DNA of 64,000 bases from Nemertoderma westbladi. Taxonomy: Eukaryota > Animalia > Xenacoelomorpha. The stretch is from contig JAUCBJ010008720.1 in assembly GCA_032718475.1 (NCBI GenBank), forward strand, positions 1 through 64,000, written 5' to 3'. Every line of letters begins with the position of its first letter. Position 1 is the stretch's first letter. Below are positions 1 to 12,644 of this stretch, piece after piece. The notes below the pieces were generated by a model that made no database searches, had not been told where the DNA came from, and was given only the letters and a program-made list of their open reading frames with translations. Position numbers and translations under genes: made by a program.

Positions 1-558
1 AATCAGGCCTACTGGTTACCGGTCGACCGATACTTTCGACTTTATTGCTTACTGCAATAAAGAAGCTATATCCTTTAATGTTCGCGCTTTCAGACCTTTG
101 GCAGTTTAACCCACCAAATCAAGATGTCTTCTAGATATTAAATCTGCTTTTAGTCTATGACAAGTATTTGATTCACTACACTAGTCGAAACCAATCCATG
201 CGCGACCATTCACCCGCTGGATATTCCCGGGAGATTGGGTTCGACGGTTTAATTTTTATTGCTATGTAAGCCTAATGTATTATTCGACTGACAGTATTAT
301 ATAATCTCTGACAATATTATTCACTTTCGGTAATATTAACAGTTCCTTTAGGACGTGGCGCTTTATCTATATAAACAGAGTTATGACTTAAACTACTCAC
401 AACGATATGGCTTAATTATAATACACATATATGGCGCATTCTTTAGGAATTGCTTCTTTAACAGACTCACTCATACACTATGCTGCACAATACTGCACAC
501 TAATCTGCCAATCTTCACTGATTTTAGTCACATATAAAAGGAACACATGGCTGACTCA

Positions 559-1283
559 TGTAGGGTCTATCAAATAACATTAGATTCACTTCAAACCACT
601 TTAACATAAGTCACAATCGTTATTGGTAACCTTTCTCTCTTACCTTCGGTATATCAAGAATATTGGGTTGCGGGGTTATTTATCGTTATTCCAAATATAA
701 TAATTCATCAACCATATTATGAAGAACTGACAGTAAATAGCAGTATAAAACAACAACTGAACAGTTAGGTAGATCGGTACATCAGTACCGGTATGTCAGC
801 AGTGAGATATTTACAGTTAAAGGATATATGCCCTTTATAATTAAACCTACTAGTGTACGACTAAAAAGCAGTACAGCACAAAATACTTCCAAGCCGTTCT
901 TTCTTTGGCTCAAGACTGAATGTAAACACTGCACATAGGCATTGCGTCATTTCTCGGAAATTTTCTGTACAAGGAGCCACAAAAACGCTCTCATTGGCTG
1001 ACTGAACTGAGAGACGCCGTAGAACAAAGGAAATCAACACGTATGAATGTCAGCTGTTAACCGTAGTCATAGTAACTACTGTTCAAGAGTAGCTATCACC
1101 CTTTTGCGTCACGAATTGCCATAGAATCATAAAATATGCCTTTCACAGTACACATACGGAGGAAATAGGTCTTAGATCCTCTAAAAACACCGATACAGCA
1201 ATAATACGGTCTCTTACACTTATTAAATCAACTACAGAGTATTTTAATGTAAAAGATAATAAAAATAACGGGGCAATTCAGCA
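559..1283 (-). mobile_element. Putative 5' LTR of another LTR retrotransposon, with its leader running off the left edge
   Basis: On the minus strand the segment starts TGCTGAATTGCCCC and ends ...GACCCTACA. It is followed by TGAGTCAG, which resembles the GTCAG/GTCAA PBS-like starts of the BEL elements here. It contains CCAAT and TGACGCAA motifs like LTR A. No second LTR or ORF is present in the window to confirm it. Confidence 0.3.
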
Positions 1284-1816
1284 AAGGCTTTTACAAGTTA
1301 CTTTCTACTGTTTATTTGCTTTTATAATATTACCTCAAAAATATTAATAAAAACATTATTATTAAAATATATTATTATATGAAAATGTTATATATGATTG
1401 GGACATTTACAGTTATTACTTCCAGAATTTATAGCATCCTGTATCACTATCCAGACGATGTACTACAGTACTTCATTTGCCTTTGAAGAGAAAAATCCCA
1501 TTTTATGTGGTTTTAAACCTTTACCGTTTTTGCTGCTAAGATAGTGAGTAAACGAAAACAATAGCACCATCGAAAAACGGAACTGCAGTAGAATATAATT
1601 CACGCGTGTGTGTGGTAACCAAAATTAAGTGACCACTATAGCTATAGGCCTTAGATGACCAGGACTGATGTACTGCACTGCTAACTAGAGGACAGCACAA
1701 ACCGACAAGTTGACCTACATAATGACAACGTGAATTAATGACCCATAGGTAATAAAGTGTACTATCAATGGGGGGAGGTTGAGACTGATCTATTATCGAA
1801 TGACCGAGAGAAAATT

Positions 1817-2188
1817 GAAGATTGAACGAATTGATGGTTGCTACACAAGAGTACTAAGGGCAGCCCTAAACATCAGCTGGAGACAACACATGACAAACAC
1901 CGAGCTTTATGGTACAATACCACATGTATCAACCACCCTCCGTGAACGCAGATTAAGATTCAGTGGGCACTGCTGGCGAAGTAAAGACGAGGTCATACCA
2001 GATCTACTTTTCTGGCAACCAACTCATGGAAAGCGTAGTCGTGGACGACCGGCCATAACATATATAGATCAACTTGAAAGGGATACTGAACTTGGGAGAA
2101 ACGAAATTGCGACAACTATGGAGAATCGGGAAGCCTGGAAGGATCTCATTTCCACTGTCCGAGTTCGCTCGACCTAGTAGTAGTAGTA
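1817..2188 (+). mobile_element. RTE-clade LINE 3' fragment inserted in the Penelope pLTR
   Basis: Peptide DGCYTRVLRAALNISW...RRLRFSGHCWR...RSRGRP is a typical RTE ORF C-terminus. (TAG)n tail. 11-bp TSD GAGAGAAAATT at 1806-1816 and 2189-2199. Confidence 0.9.
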
Positions 2189-2203
2189 GAGAGAAAATTT
2201 AGT

Positions 2204-2276
2204 TGCCAATATTTCAGCCACTATATTATAGATTGCAAAACAAACAATAATATAAATACAGGCCTTCATCAGGGCA
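2204..2276 (-). ncRNA. Minimal type I hammerhead ribozyme in Penelope pLTR
   Basis: Minus strand reads TGCC-CTGATGA-AGGCC...long AU-rich stem II...GGCT-GAAA-TA-TT-GGCA. The core is intact, stem I is TGCC/GGCA and stem III is a short palindrome. Confidence 0.8.
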
Positions 2277-2565
2277 TACGGAGATTACACACAAATACAT
2301 ATGTAAAAAACTAGACTACTGTCAACCAGCTACCGGTACTACTTACTACAATACTACTGCTACTGCCTGACTGCACCACTGTATGTATAATGAACGAAGA
2401 GCACTGAACTACAGTATAACACAAACATACAGTATGACAAAACGGGATATAATGTAAATTTGAAGCCGAAGAAATTTAAATGTTACCAATTTTGCATCCG
2501 AAAAATTATATTATTTATTTATTATTGCGTGCAAATCAGAAAAGTGTTATATTTACCGGCACTAC

Positions 2566-4320
2566 CTACCAGCCAGTGTTATGTGGTTGCACGCACTGTG
2601 TATTGAGTGTGGGGTGTAATTGCTGGATGAAATCTTTCTCACTTATTTTCCTATCTGCCCAGTCTTTGCATGTGCGAACTATACGAATTGTGAATGGCTG
2701 TGCGATACTATGTTGTCCAGGGAGTACGTCGAGAAAATGCTCACCAATGGCTTCCTTGCGATTTCTGCAGCGAACGGAGCTGCGATGCTGCATCATTCTG
2801 TTCCTGAGGCGCCCGGACGTCTCCCCTATGTAATTCTCTACCCTCTGAAGGCACAAAGTGCAGGTTATTTCGTAGATTACGTTGCGTACAGTACAGGGTT
2901 TCACCCGCAGGTGATGCATGTGTAACATTCTGTGTTAGTTGGTGCTGGGCAAGTGGCGCCTGTGAGACTGGCTCTGACCAGCTGTTTCTTTAATTTGGGA
3001 CCTGGGGTGTGTACTACTCTTATGTCTCCTCTAAGGTTAGACGTACTTACTATGCGTTGCAACTTTCTACGTAAACCCTCGTTGATGAAAGGTAATACTA
3101 GAGGTACTGGGGAACCATTTCGTGGGGTGTTCATGCGTGTGGGGTGCGGGGGTGCTCCACTGAGTTCGTTATGTATTAATTTGTGGATCATTGAAACAGG
3201 GTAGTCATTGTCCGTGAGAATTGTTTTAATTTTGTCAAGGCTACGCTCACGTCCTTCCAACGTGTTGCTGTTGCGTATGGCTCGCTTGATGGCAGACCTA
3301 ACAGTACTGGTTATTATGTTACGGGGATGGCAGCTGAGAAAGTTGAGAAATATACCTTTATTGGATGGTTTGATATACAGTTCGAAATTGATTTGTCCTG
3401 CGTTATTAATTGTTGTGGTTACGTCTAAAAAAGGGATACTGGTGTAAGATTGTTCCATAGTGTACTTAAGGGTCGGGTGGCAGCCATTGAGGTAATCGAG
3501 AAACTTCTAAGTTCCTCTTCCCCATGTTGCCAGACGGCCCACCCATCATCATAAAATCGAAACCAACATGCGACCGATAAGCTATAATTATTTAAAAATT
3601 CGGATTCCTTAACATGAATATATATTACCGCGAAATGCGCGGCTAAACGTACACCCATTCCCATCCCATCCTTCTGTTGGTAAAATTTACCGTTGAACCG
3701 GAAAAAAGTGAATTCTAGGCTAATTTTGAGAAGTCCGTAAAACTCAGGCATCTCCATACCGAACATATTGATATTGTGTCTATGTTTATTAACAAAGTCC
3801 GAAACTAGGTCAATTCCCTCTTGTATGGGAATATTGGTGTACATGGACACTATATCCAGACTGAAAATAATGTCCCCCGGTTCCAATGGGTCTATCAGTT
3901 TAACTCGTTCAATGAAATCCTTCGTGTTAACTAGACGTTCTAGAACATGGCGTACTGCTTGCCCCAGAACTCTACTGGCCAACCATCCTGGCTTCTCCGC
4001 CGCTGATCCAGATCCAGAAGAGATTGGACGCATGGGTTCACCGGGCTTGTGGGTCTTAGGATTGCCGTAAAGTTCCGGTACACATGGGTGGGTGCTCCTT
4101 AACGCTCTATGTAGATAATCTTGGTCGCTCCGCCCTAAAACGCAGGAAACTCCAGCGTTGATGGTCGTCGTAGCCTTAGGGTTAGGGTCCCTCGGCAATG
4201 GTGCATAGGAATGGGAATCCGAGAGAATGTCCCTCTCCATCCTGTCGATATAACTGCCGCATCCCATAACTGCGAAACCACCGCTTTTATCTGTTTTTTT
4301 TAACGATTATGTCCTTGTTC
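2566..4320 (-). pseudogene. Frameshifted Penelope RT + thumb + Cys-linker + GIY-YIG endonuclease
   Basis: Motifs in order: LYGNPKTHK, PMRPISS, FSLDIVSMYTNIP, YQQKDGMGMG, FRFYDD, IPFLDV, a CxxC-rich linker, then NVIYEITCTLC...YIGETSGRLRNRMMQH. Split over ORFs 3425-4267, 2901-3458 and 2566-2928. Confidence 0.92.
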
Positions 4321-4324
4321 GTCC

Positions 4325-4453
4325 TTTGCAATCTATAATATAGTGGCTGAAATATTGGCAACTAAATTTTCTCTCGGTCATTCGATAATAGATCAGTCTC
4401 AACCTCCCCCCATTGATATGTTTCCACCGGTGACCCGGGCACGTAAGTTCATC
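4325..4453 (+). repeat. Inverted partial pLTR with ~35-nt extension
   Basis: Reverse complement of 1763-2239. The extra tail at 4419-4453 completes an ATG (4418) and carries a GTAAGT donor-like site (4443). Confidence 0.85.
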
Positions 4454-4969
4454 TAAAGTGTACTATACTTATAGGGAGCTGCTCTGTACAGAGGTCAACC
4501 TGTTGTATGAAATGTAACAATAAAGTAAGTATAAACCACTGCTATTGGCTCAGCTATTAATTATCGAGTTTGTTATGGATGGAACCAACTCTAAAGGCTA
4601 ACCTCTAATCAGAGCAAATATAATCACACAATAATATTATGGGCCTAAGATTTCGTTGCTAAGTAGATATCACCAATAAATATAAAGGGAATGCATATTG
4701 GTTCGCGAAAAGTTTATTGGAGAGAGGATGGACAATACAAATATATTGTCATCGCGTTAAGTAATACAGACCTTGACCAAGTTCCCCTTGCTCGAATGGG
4801 AAGTTTACAAACATTGCTATAAAGTTGGTGGAATACACTCTTACTTTCTTACCTTTCGAAATTTACTACGTTTAAGTCTAAGTTTACCTGTAAGTTTGGA
4901 GAATATAATAGCTATAAAGCTATAATAGCTTAAAAAAAAAATAATAATAATACCGAGGTCTTTTTATTA

Positions 4970-6961
4970 ATGAAACTTCAAGAAACTCTTTGGCGTGCCA
5001 TTCTGTACCTTCAGGAACCTTCTGGGACTTCTTCCCACGAACTGGCTTGATTACGGATGAATAGATTGGGGATTACTCACTCTCCAACCATATGTAAGAT
5101 CGACTCTCCTATACGAGGTTTTAGGACCAGAGGGTTGGTCTTCTTCATTGTCATCTGGTAATGATCTTAAGAGTTTACATAGGTTTCAATCATGCTCACA
5201 AATGCATGGAAGTTCGCCCTTAGCGTGCGTGACATTGGTTTGTGGAGAAGTCCAACCCTTCCAATAATTTCCAAAGGGCCGGCCACATTTAGGATTTGAA
5301 CTTCAGACATCACAGAAACGTGTGTTTGGCAGATGTCGAATTATAATAATAAAGCTAACACAAATCCTGCAATAAAATAATTACAAATTTTCAGTGAACA
5401 TTTTTTATTACTGCGGGTGAGAATGGTTTATATGGCTGGTGATAATGCAATGTGCATTTGTCATTCAGCCCACTACAGTATTTATAAGTCTACTCTAAAA
5501 CATTTTCTGTTAATATAATTATTGTAACTATTATAATAATAATTGTATTAAACCACATTATGGGCACAATTGGCAATAAGGTAAAAAAACGCACAATCTG
5601 TTAAAATTTATAATTAGTGATAAAAATAATACAATAATGGTACTACTATAATATTAATGATGAGTGCTTTATCAATAATATAAAGTAATTAATTTGAAGG
5701 TCAGGAATTGGATGAATTAAATGTTCTTGGTGGCCCAGTGTGTCAATGGGTGATGGTTACCGTGGCAACTAAGAAGGTGGTAGACAGAGGCAGCTAGACC
5801 ACATAATGGGCAGACGCAACAGCTGTTAACCTCGTGGTATTCAGAGTTCGAACATATTAGATGGTGGTAACCATGAATTGTAAATCGTGCCGGTTTCGTC
5901 TCTTTGACGCGGTCCATCTGCCGTTTGTAAAACCTATGCTGTTCCAAAATTCGTTTGGTATATCCCGAATATTCTGAGAGATATCGTTAGTGTAAGAAGA
6001 GTAACAAACGATGGAAAGTAGGTCTAACATGTCCTTTATGTAAATGACGCCAAACTGTACATCACAGAGTGCATGGATTGCATATATATTGCATACCAGG
6101 CCATCACCAGTCAGTCGTAATGTAATTATGGAATAAAACTTAACTAATAAACAACGGTGATGATAAGTTTCAGATACCAGGCTGATATGGATATAACTTT
6201 CCCCTGATGAATGCCCGTTAATTAGGAAACAGTGATTTATCATTAATATCGCTTATCACCAAGTCAGTGAACCGCACCTGCTTTTGCCTTTATCATTACT
6301 ATGGCGGATCTCACTAATGAATGTTACAGCAAGAATAAGTTATTTCCTATAACGTTCCTTTTGTCATGAAGCCGACCATAATGCTTGGAGGTGCACCTCC
6401 ATCCAAGCAACTGCAGTACCATCTTCAAGTACCATCTGCAGTATCTTGCATCGGCAAGTACCCTCTTCAGCATCTGCATTACTGTTTAAAAGCACGCCAA
6501 CAACCGTTTAAATACATCTTGCACTTATTGACTTCTTATCGTTTTGTCATCTTTAATGCGTCATTGTTCTTCTCACCCACGCTAGAATTCACAATTTTAA
6601 ATTGGAAACATGTTTGACATCGTAATATTGCACCACCATTTTCGAAGAATGTATTATCACCAGCTCCAAAATTGAATACTTCCAAAGTGTCATGTGATGT
6701 TAGCGTATCTACCAAATTCATAATAGCATGCCTACGTTCCTTTTCTTTGTGATATGATGAGTCAATAACTAGTTGCTCCAGTTTATCATGTTTATGTACT
6801 GTAGATTTTTCCATAACGAGCTTATCGACAAGAGAACATAGTTTATAAACCCTTTTAGATATTGTTTCCAAGTCGGTTTCCAATTTAACAAAAGAGTTCG
6901 GCAGACTTTCTGTCTGTAGCCCAGATTGCTCCGAGTGAGGTCGCTGTGTGCCAATATTCAC
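4970..6961 (-). pseudogene. Highly decayed, probably intron-containing DNA-transposase-like remnants (possibly hAT-like)
   Basis: Protein-like minus-strand pieces (6536-6961 with CQTC; GFVLALLL*FDICQ after a TTGCAG acceptor near 5368) are separated by AT-rich stretches and stops. No catalytic motif or termini were identified. Confidence 0.25.
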
Positions 6962-7869
6962 GAGGGGGGGGGGGGTTATCGAAGGTTGGATATTACTATC
7001 TTAATAAATAATAATAATCTATAAACATCATATTTATACTATCATACTATTTATCATCATTTATACTATCACTATCTATACTATTATACTTTATATTTAT
7101 ACTATATTGCTGTTAATCTTAACTGTATAATGTATGAATGTCCCTAATGACTTTCGCAAGGTAACCCGCGACTCAAAGGCCAATTTTCTTTTAAGATGCG
7201 TCTCAAGAAAGTCATGGGCTGTCCATCAAGCTTATTCACTCCATGGGGGCGCCACAGCACAAGATTATGCACTGGCTGGTTCTCATCGTATAAATAAACA
7301 TATTACAGTATTCCCATATTAATGCAGTAAATAATATGACTCTTTTGAAAATATCCGTTTTAGTAAAGCAAGGTTCACACGAGCAACTTTTGTTGAGGAA
7401 GGTTGTTTCAGCCACATGTTGTGGGCCCTCTCAGTAGAGTATTTACAGTATGTGACTGACGCCGCTTGATTTAGTTACAAAAAATTTACTGTACATCAAA
7501 CAAGTTGCCACAATTAAAGGGCAGTGATTTTTTATGTCATTTTATTTGACTTTTTTTGTCATTTTTTTTTACGAATTATGCATAATGACTTTTGTTGTCC
7601 ATTTAATGACTTTTATTGTCATTTTAATGACTTTTTATGTATGTATTTCTTCAAACTGTCAGACTGGTGATTTCTGGACTGTCAGACAGTTGATTTCACT
7701 ATATGCATGTGCCAAAACATTCCATGATTCCATGATTTATAGACTATGAGATAGAATTCCATATGCGCCTGTGGTAAAAAGACTCTATATTTAATAGTTT
7801 GTGGTTGTTGTCGATAATCGATTACCACATGACGTAGCAAAACACTCATTTTATAGCTAAAAACAATTA

Positions 7870-8596
7870 CCAATTGATGGAAAGGAGCAGGTTAAGGCCG
7901 AGTTTTCTAACCAAAACAATAAACAGTCACTTTACCAAATCAGGGAAAGGAGCAGGTTACAGAGACGGGATTTTCTAACCAAAACAATAAACGATCACTT
8001 AACTAATTGAGGGAAAGGAGCAGGTTACAGAGGCGGGATTTTCTAACCAAAACAAAAAACGATCACTTAACTTATTGAGGGAAAGGAGCAGGTTACAGAG
8101 GCGGGATTTCCTAACCAAAACAATAAACGATAACATTACCAATTGAGGGAAAGGAGCAGGTTACAGAGGCGGGATTATCTAACCAAAACAATAAACGATC
8201 ATTTAACTAATTGAGGGAAAGGGGCAGGTTACAGAGGCGGGATTTTCTAACCAAAACAATAAACGATCATTTAACAAATTGACGGAAAGGAGCAGGTTAC
8301 AGAGACGGGATTTTCTAACCAAAACAATAAACGATAACATTACCAATTGAGAGAAAGGAGCAGGTTACAGAGACGGGATTTTCTAACCAAAACAATAAAC
8401 GATAACATTACCAATTGAGAGAAAGGAGCAGGTTACAGAGGCGGGATTTTCTAACCAAAACAATAAACGATAACATTACCAATTGAGGGAAAGGAGCAGG
8501 TTACAGAGGCGGGATTATCTAACCAAAACAATAAACGATCATTTAGCTAATTGAGGGAAAGGGGCAGATTACAGAGGCGGGATTTTCTAACCAAAC
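7870..8596 (+). repeat. 60-bp tandem array (~12 units)
   Basis: Unit GAAAGGAGCAGGTTACAGAGGCGGGATTTTCTAACCAAAACAATAAACGATCACTTAACTAATTGAGG-like, with a period of about 60 bp. Confidence 0.95.
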
Positions 8597-8846
8597 TGTC
8601 AACGTCTGAGAATGTACGAATCCGTATATACCCTTTATTGGACGAACCTCTTGGCCGTCCGATCCTTTGGGCTAAAAACGGGTCATTGTTTTCGCTATCA
8701 TTGTGACTACCGGTATCAAACGGTAACGGGGTATAACATGTATAAGTAGTTTTTTCGAGTACGGATGAGTTTATGAACTGATCTGTGCTGTTGGAAGTAG
8801 TGGTGCCGCTATCCGTAACACTACTCAGACAGTAGTCATGATCCAT
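8597..8846 (-). pseudogene. N-terminal remnant of a probable transposon-encoded protein (DHDY motif + AT-hook)
   Basis: Reads inward from the right arm: MDHDYC...RIGRPRGS... and is cut off by the array. Copy 2 retains only MDHDYCLSSVTD. Confidence 0.5.
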
Positions 8847-9821
8847 ATATATAATATATATATATATAATATAATCCTTATAAAAATATTACAGTAATAG
8901 GCCTAAATTATGTGAAAGATATTATTCTCCTATCAATTATTTAAAATTTATTAGCACAACCGGTAGGCCAGTAGGCCTACCATTACCGTATTTAAATGGT
9001 AGGCTACACAGTAGGCCTATAGCAGTACCAGTGCCGGTACCGGTACTAAAATACAGAATAACATTAGACTTTTGGATGACATAAAAAATCAAAAAAAAAT
9101 GACAAAAAAAGGATAAAAACGGACAATAAAAATTATTGCGCAATTAAAGTTGGTCATATGAGGTGGCCTGCAACATGTTGCTAAAACAATTTTCCGCCGC
9201 AACCAAATTTGCTCGTCTGAGCCCATCCCCGCAGCCTAAAATAAAATATTAAGATGGCCCAAACAACTAAGGCTAGGCCCTCTACTACTTCTAGAGGATA
9301 TTGAATAGGCCCTACGGTTCTGGAAAACATCGAAATGTTTAAGAGGACAAAGGGGGCTTAAGAATTGAGGATCCGATTTTTCAATGACACAACATTTGAA
9401 AACTTGTGGTGGGACACATGCGGCTGACTCCGACACAGCTATTGACGCATTTCGAAAACACAATGAAAAAGTACCGCGAGAAAGTGAAAGGAGCCATGAG
9501 AACTTGTTCAAGGGAAGGGGCTGAGATGCTGCAGACATTAAATACAAAGGCAGCGTGTTTGGAAGTGGCCATCTGTATGAAATATTAACTAAAAGGTAAA
9601 CACAAGAGTCTTACACCCCACAAACTACAAAAAATATAGAATCAGGACATCAAGCCCAAAATAGTACTCAGGCCATCAAGCAAACAATCAAAGTAACAAA
9701 GTATGGGACATTGAATGGGAGGAAGAAGGTAGTAGTGGGAGATGAGATGGATTTGAATGGATAATTGATATAAATCAATTATATCAGCGGCCCAACATTG
9801 TGCAGTAATATATTAGGTAGG

Positions 9822-10713
9822 CATGGCCGGCGCCAATGGGGTGCAAGGGGAGCAGCTGGTGCAGCTGCTCCCTTTGCACCCCATTGGTGCCGGCCATTTT
9901 GGGGGGTGCCCCCAAAAAGTGAGAACAGGTCCGCAATTTGACGAATATATTTTCAATGTGGACTAATACAAAATTGTTTGCGGAATTCTTAATCCAAAAG
10001 AACACACAGTCATTTGAATCAGAATCTAATCATATTTCTGCCCATGTACTATTACTGGGTGTATTTACTATCAACAGTCAACATTGTACCAATACCACTA
10101 CACACTACACCTCTATTACATTACTTGTTAGTTAGTTATATATTTTCAATGTTTAGTTCATTTACTTTCGTTCGTTCATTTATTTATTATTATTATTAAT
10201 ATTATTTGTAAAGAAAATGTTCCAGAACATGTCAGCTATTCTTTTTAAAAAACAAATCATGTTCTAGAACAAATATATCTTTGTTCTAGAACAATTTTTT
10301 TAGAAAAATTTGGATTCTTTTTAAGACGAATGGAATTGTTTTAAAACGTGTTTAAAAATTAAAATCAATTTTCAAAATTGTTTTATTGATTTTAAACACG
10401 TTTTAGAACGATTCCATGCGTTTTAAATAGAATCCAGATTTTTTCTAAAAAATGTTCTAGAGTCTCAACGCCAAGAATAATTGTACTTATCATACTCATT
10501 TTGTTTCCAATGTCCTACTAACTGATACAAAGTATTAAATATTCTAGGCTCGCTTCGCCGCCGACCATTTTATCCCATTAACAGTCCCACATGTGAATTA
10601 TACTAATATTCATTTTGTTTCCTAAACTGATACCGATTGTTTCCATGGTAACAAAAAAGGTCCGCTTTTTCAACATCTGCACCCCCAAGAAAAATCCTGT
10701 CGCTTGCCATATG
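9822..10713. mobile_element. Probable hAT-type MITE with foldback hairpin at left end
   Basis: Ends CATGGCCGGCGCCAATGGGGTGCA and CTGCACCCCCAAGAAAAATCCTGTCGCTTGCCATATG resemble hAT MITE termini. No clean 8-bp TSD. Confidence 0.4.
10285..10460. repeat. Long imperfect AT-rich palindrome (foldback MITE-like)
   Basis: TCTAGAACAATTTTTTTAGAAAAATTTGGATTC...AAAACGTGTTTAAAA is mirrored by TTTTAAACACGTTTT...GAATCCAGATTTTTTCTAAAAAATGTTCTAGA. Confidence 0.8.
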
Positions 10714-11398
10714 GGTGGTAGAATCTGAGCAGCAGGGGGTAGTAATGGGAATTAAGGGCCCCCTTATAGCTCAACAACCCATCAATCAGATAAAGGTGTG
10801 AATTTATTGTCAAATATCAATGCTTATTGATTACATTGTTATTGGATTTATAGTGATGTAAGCAGTCATTTCACCGGTATAGTTTGTACATCATGTTTAA
10901 CCTTAGGTGACCATGATATATATTATCCTCAACATATGAGATAACTTTGTTATAACTTTCGGAGATTATATCATCATTTCTATTTTCCTTTCACGCCCCC
11001 AGTCTTACTACCAAACACTCAAACGGGATATCTATTACACATCCGATGGCAGGAACCATGAACTTGGCCTGGCTGGATGAAAGACACCAAGATGGGGGGA
11101 ATACACGGTATCTTGATGGATCAAATCGCTTAGCGGAGAAGATTAAATCGCTAAGCTTACATGACTTTATTATTATCACTGGCAATGCACCATAGTTCAG
11201 GCTAATATCCTTATACATACACTTGAATTTTATTATATAATACATATTAGTCATTGCCAACCTTCTTAATTGAAATCTATTGATCAATTGAAATCTTATA
11301 AAGTTTAGTTATTATCATATCAATATAATTAACATTCTGCATTAATCTGTAATATCACCACAATTTATCAATCCTACAGAACCAATTATTTCTACTTA

Positions 11399-11587
11399 GG
11401 CCGCGTTCACATACCGAGTCAAAGTCAAAGTCAAAATACAATATCTAAAACACATCACATGAAATTTAATTTTTTCGAGAATGCCCTTATGTATTATATT
11501 ATATAATGTATTATTATTTATTATTGCTAGCTAGCTATATTTATTTTCTTTTGACTTTGACTTTGACTCGGTAGTGTGAACGTGGCC
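11399..11587. mobile_element. PIF/Harbinger-like MITE
   Basis: ~38-bp TIRs GGCCGCGTTCACATACCGAGTCAAAGTCAAAGTCAAA / TTTGACTTTGACTTTGACTCGGTAGTGTGAACGTGGCC, flanked by TTA and TAA. Confidence 0.75.
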
Positions 11588-11854
11588 TAACAAAATGCCT
11601 ACATCGATGTGTGGATCTTTGAACCTGTGTTCAATGCTATATTAAAGAGATCACTAGTAATATGCAGCTGGTTGAATGAAGATTGTGCATTTTTGATGGC
11701 ACTGTCTACTATATCTAGATAATGAAATATTTGGAGTCTTAATTTTAGATTATTAATTCCACACTTCAACCGATCTTCAACTGAGATTTGATTGTAATAT
11801 AAATGTGATTCATTGAGTTGAACTCAATCTGAACTGATCTATTGACCATGAATA

Positions 11855-12384
11855 CACCATGTCCTGGAATATAATAGTGTCTTTATTCAAGTACCTTGGA
11901 CGTGGACACCCTAAAAAAAATCTTATTAAGAAGGCAATACATTTGAAATATATATAGTTTCATCTCCCTCCTCCTTAGTAGGTTAGCCAACATTTTTTTA
12001 TTTAGTTATTTTTGCATTCATGTTTTAGCTACAACCATTTAAAAAAGGCGTTTCCGTCGATATTGTACCAGTCGTAATGTAGTTCTTCTACAACCTTATA
12101 GTGTTACCATTCATTGGAAAGCTGGCCATGCAAGGTTTCAAGGTGCATGCAACATTCGAATGCCCATAACATAACTCAGCTATTTTCTAACCAAATTCAA
12201 AATATTTTTACATATAAAGCAATAATAAAAATACCCACTAAGGATAAGGGAGGTAAAACTATCTGTATTTCAAATTCCATGCACTCTCATAAAACATATG
12301 TAGAACCATCGGAGGGAGGGGGGGGGGGGGGGGGGGGGGTCAGATACCTGAATAAAGACACTATATTCCAGGCAGGACATATTG
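11855..12384. mobile_element. TA-flanked MITE (Tc1/mariner-type ends)
   Basis: TIRs CACCATGTCCTGGAATATAATAGTGTCTTTATTCAAGTA / TACCTGAATAAAGACACTATATTCCAGGCAGGACATATTG, with TA on both sides. Confidence 0.7.
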
Positions 12385-12644
12385 TACTGCAAGATTTATA
12401 TTTAAGCTGATAAAACCTGTCCCAACTGTAATGATGTGTCACAAGTGTAATTCCCTAAACTGGTGGGAAATTTCATGACAAATTGCTCTGTAATTCTGTT
12501 GAAACTGAATAGCAATAGCTAATATTGCGCAGTCGAATAAGTTTTATATAATATAGGGTGGGGGGGGGGGGGGGGGGGGGGGTGACGATAAAAGATATTT
12601 TATTTTAGAACAATGGAATCCTTAGTTCTGCTAAACATGATTTC

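Larger units (their letters stand above)
1766..4453 (-). mobile_element. Penelope-like element (Neptune-type), 5'-truncated, with inverted partial pLTR
   Basis: 13-bp TSD TAAAGTGTACTAT at 1753-1765 and 4454-4466. RT and GIY-YIG ORF pieces lie on the minus strand. 4325-4418 is the reverse complement of 1763-2239 once the RTE insert is removed. Confidence 0.92.
7520..9140. mobile_element. Non-autonomous MULE-type DNA transposon, copy 1
   Basis: 9-bp TSD CAATTAAAG (7511-7519, 9141-9149). Imperfect TIRs GGCAGTGATTTTTTATGTC / GACAATAAAAATTATTGCG. A near-identical second copy at 52225-53976 has a different 9-bp TSD. Confidence 0.85.

Noticed and set aside
7870-8596. CRISPR-like array (constant block plus variable segment), also at 52570-53490
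   Set aside because: The variable segments are a few recurring variants of one sequence, not unique spacers. There are no cas genes, the context is eukaryotic, and the array lies inside a TSD-bounded DNA transposon.
9236-9588. Short ORFs on both strands
   Set aside because: No recognisable domain, start context or splice structure.
12316-12582. Long poly-G tracts (also 39902, 62272, 62460, 63177)
   Set aside because: Homopolymer expansions within MITE or TE sequence, of unreliable length; no independent evidence of function.
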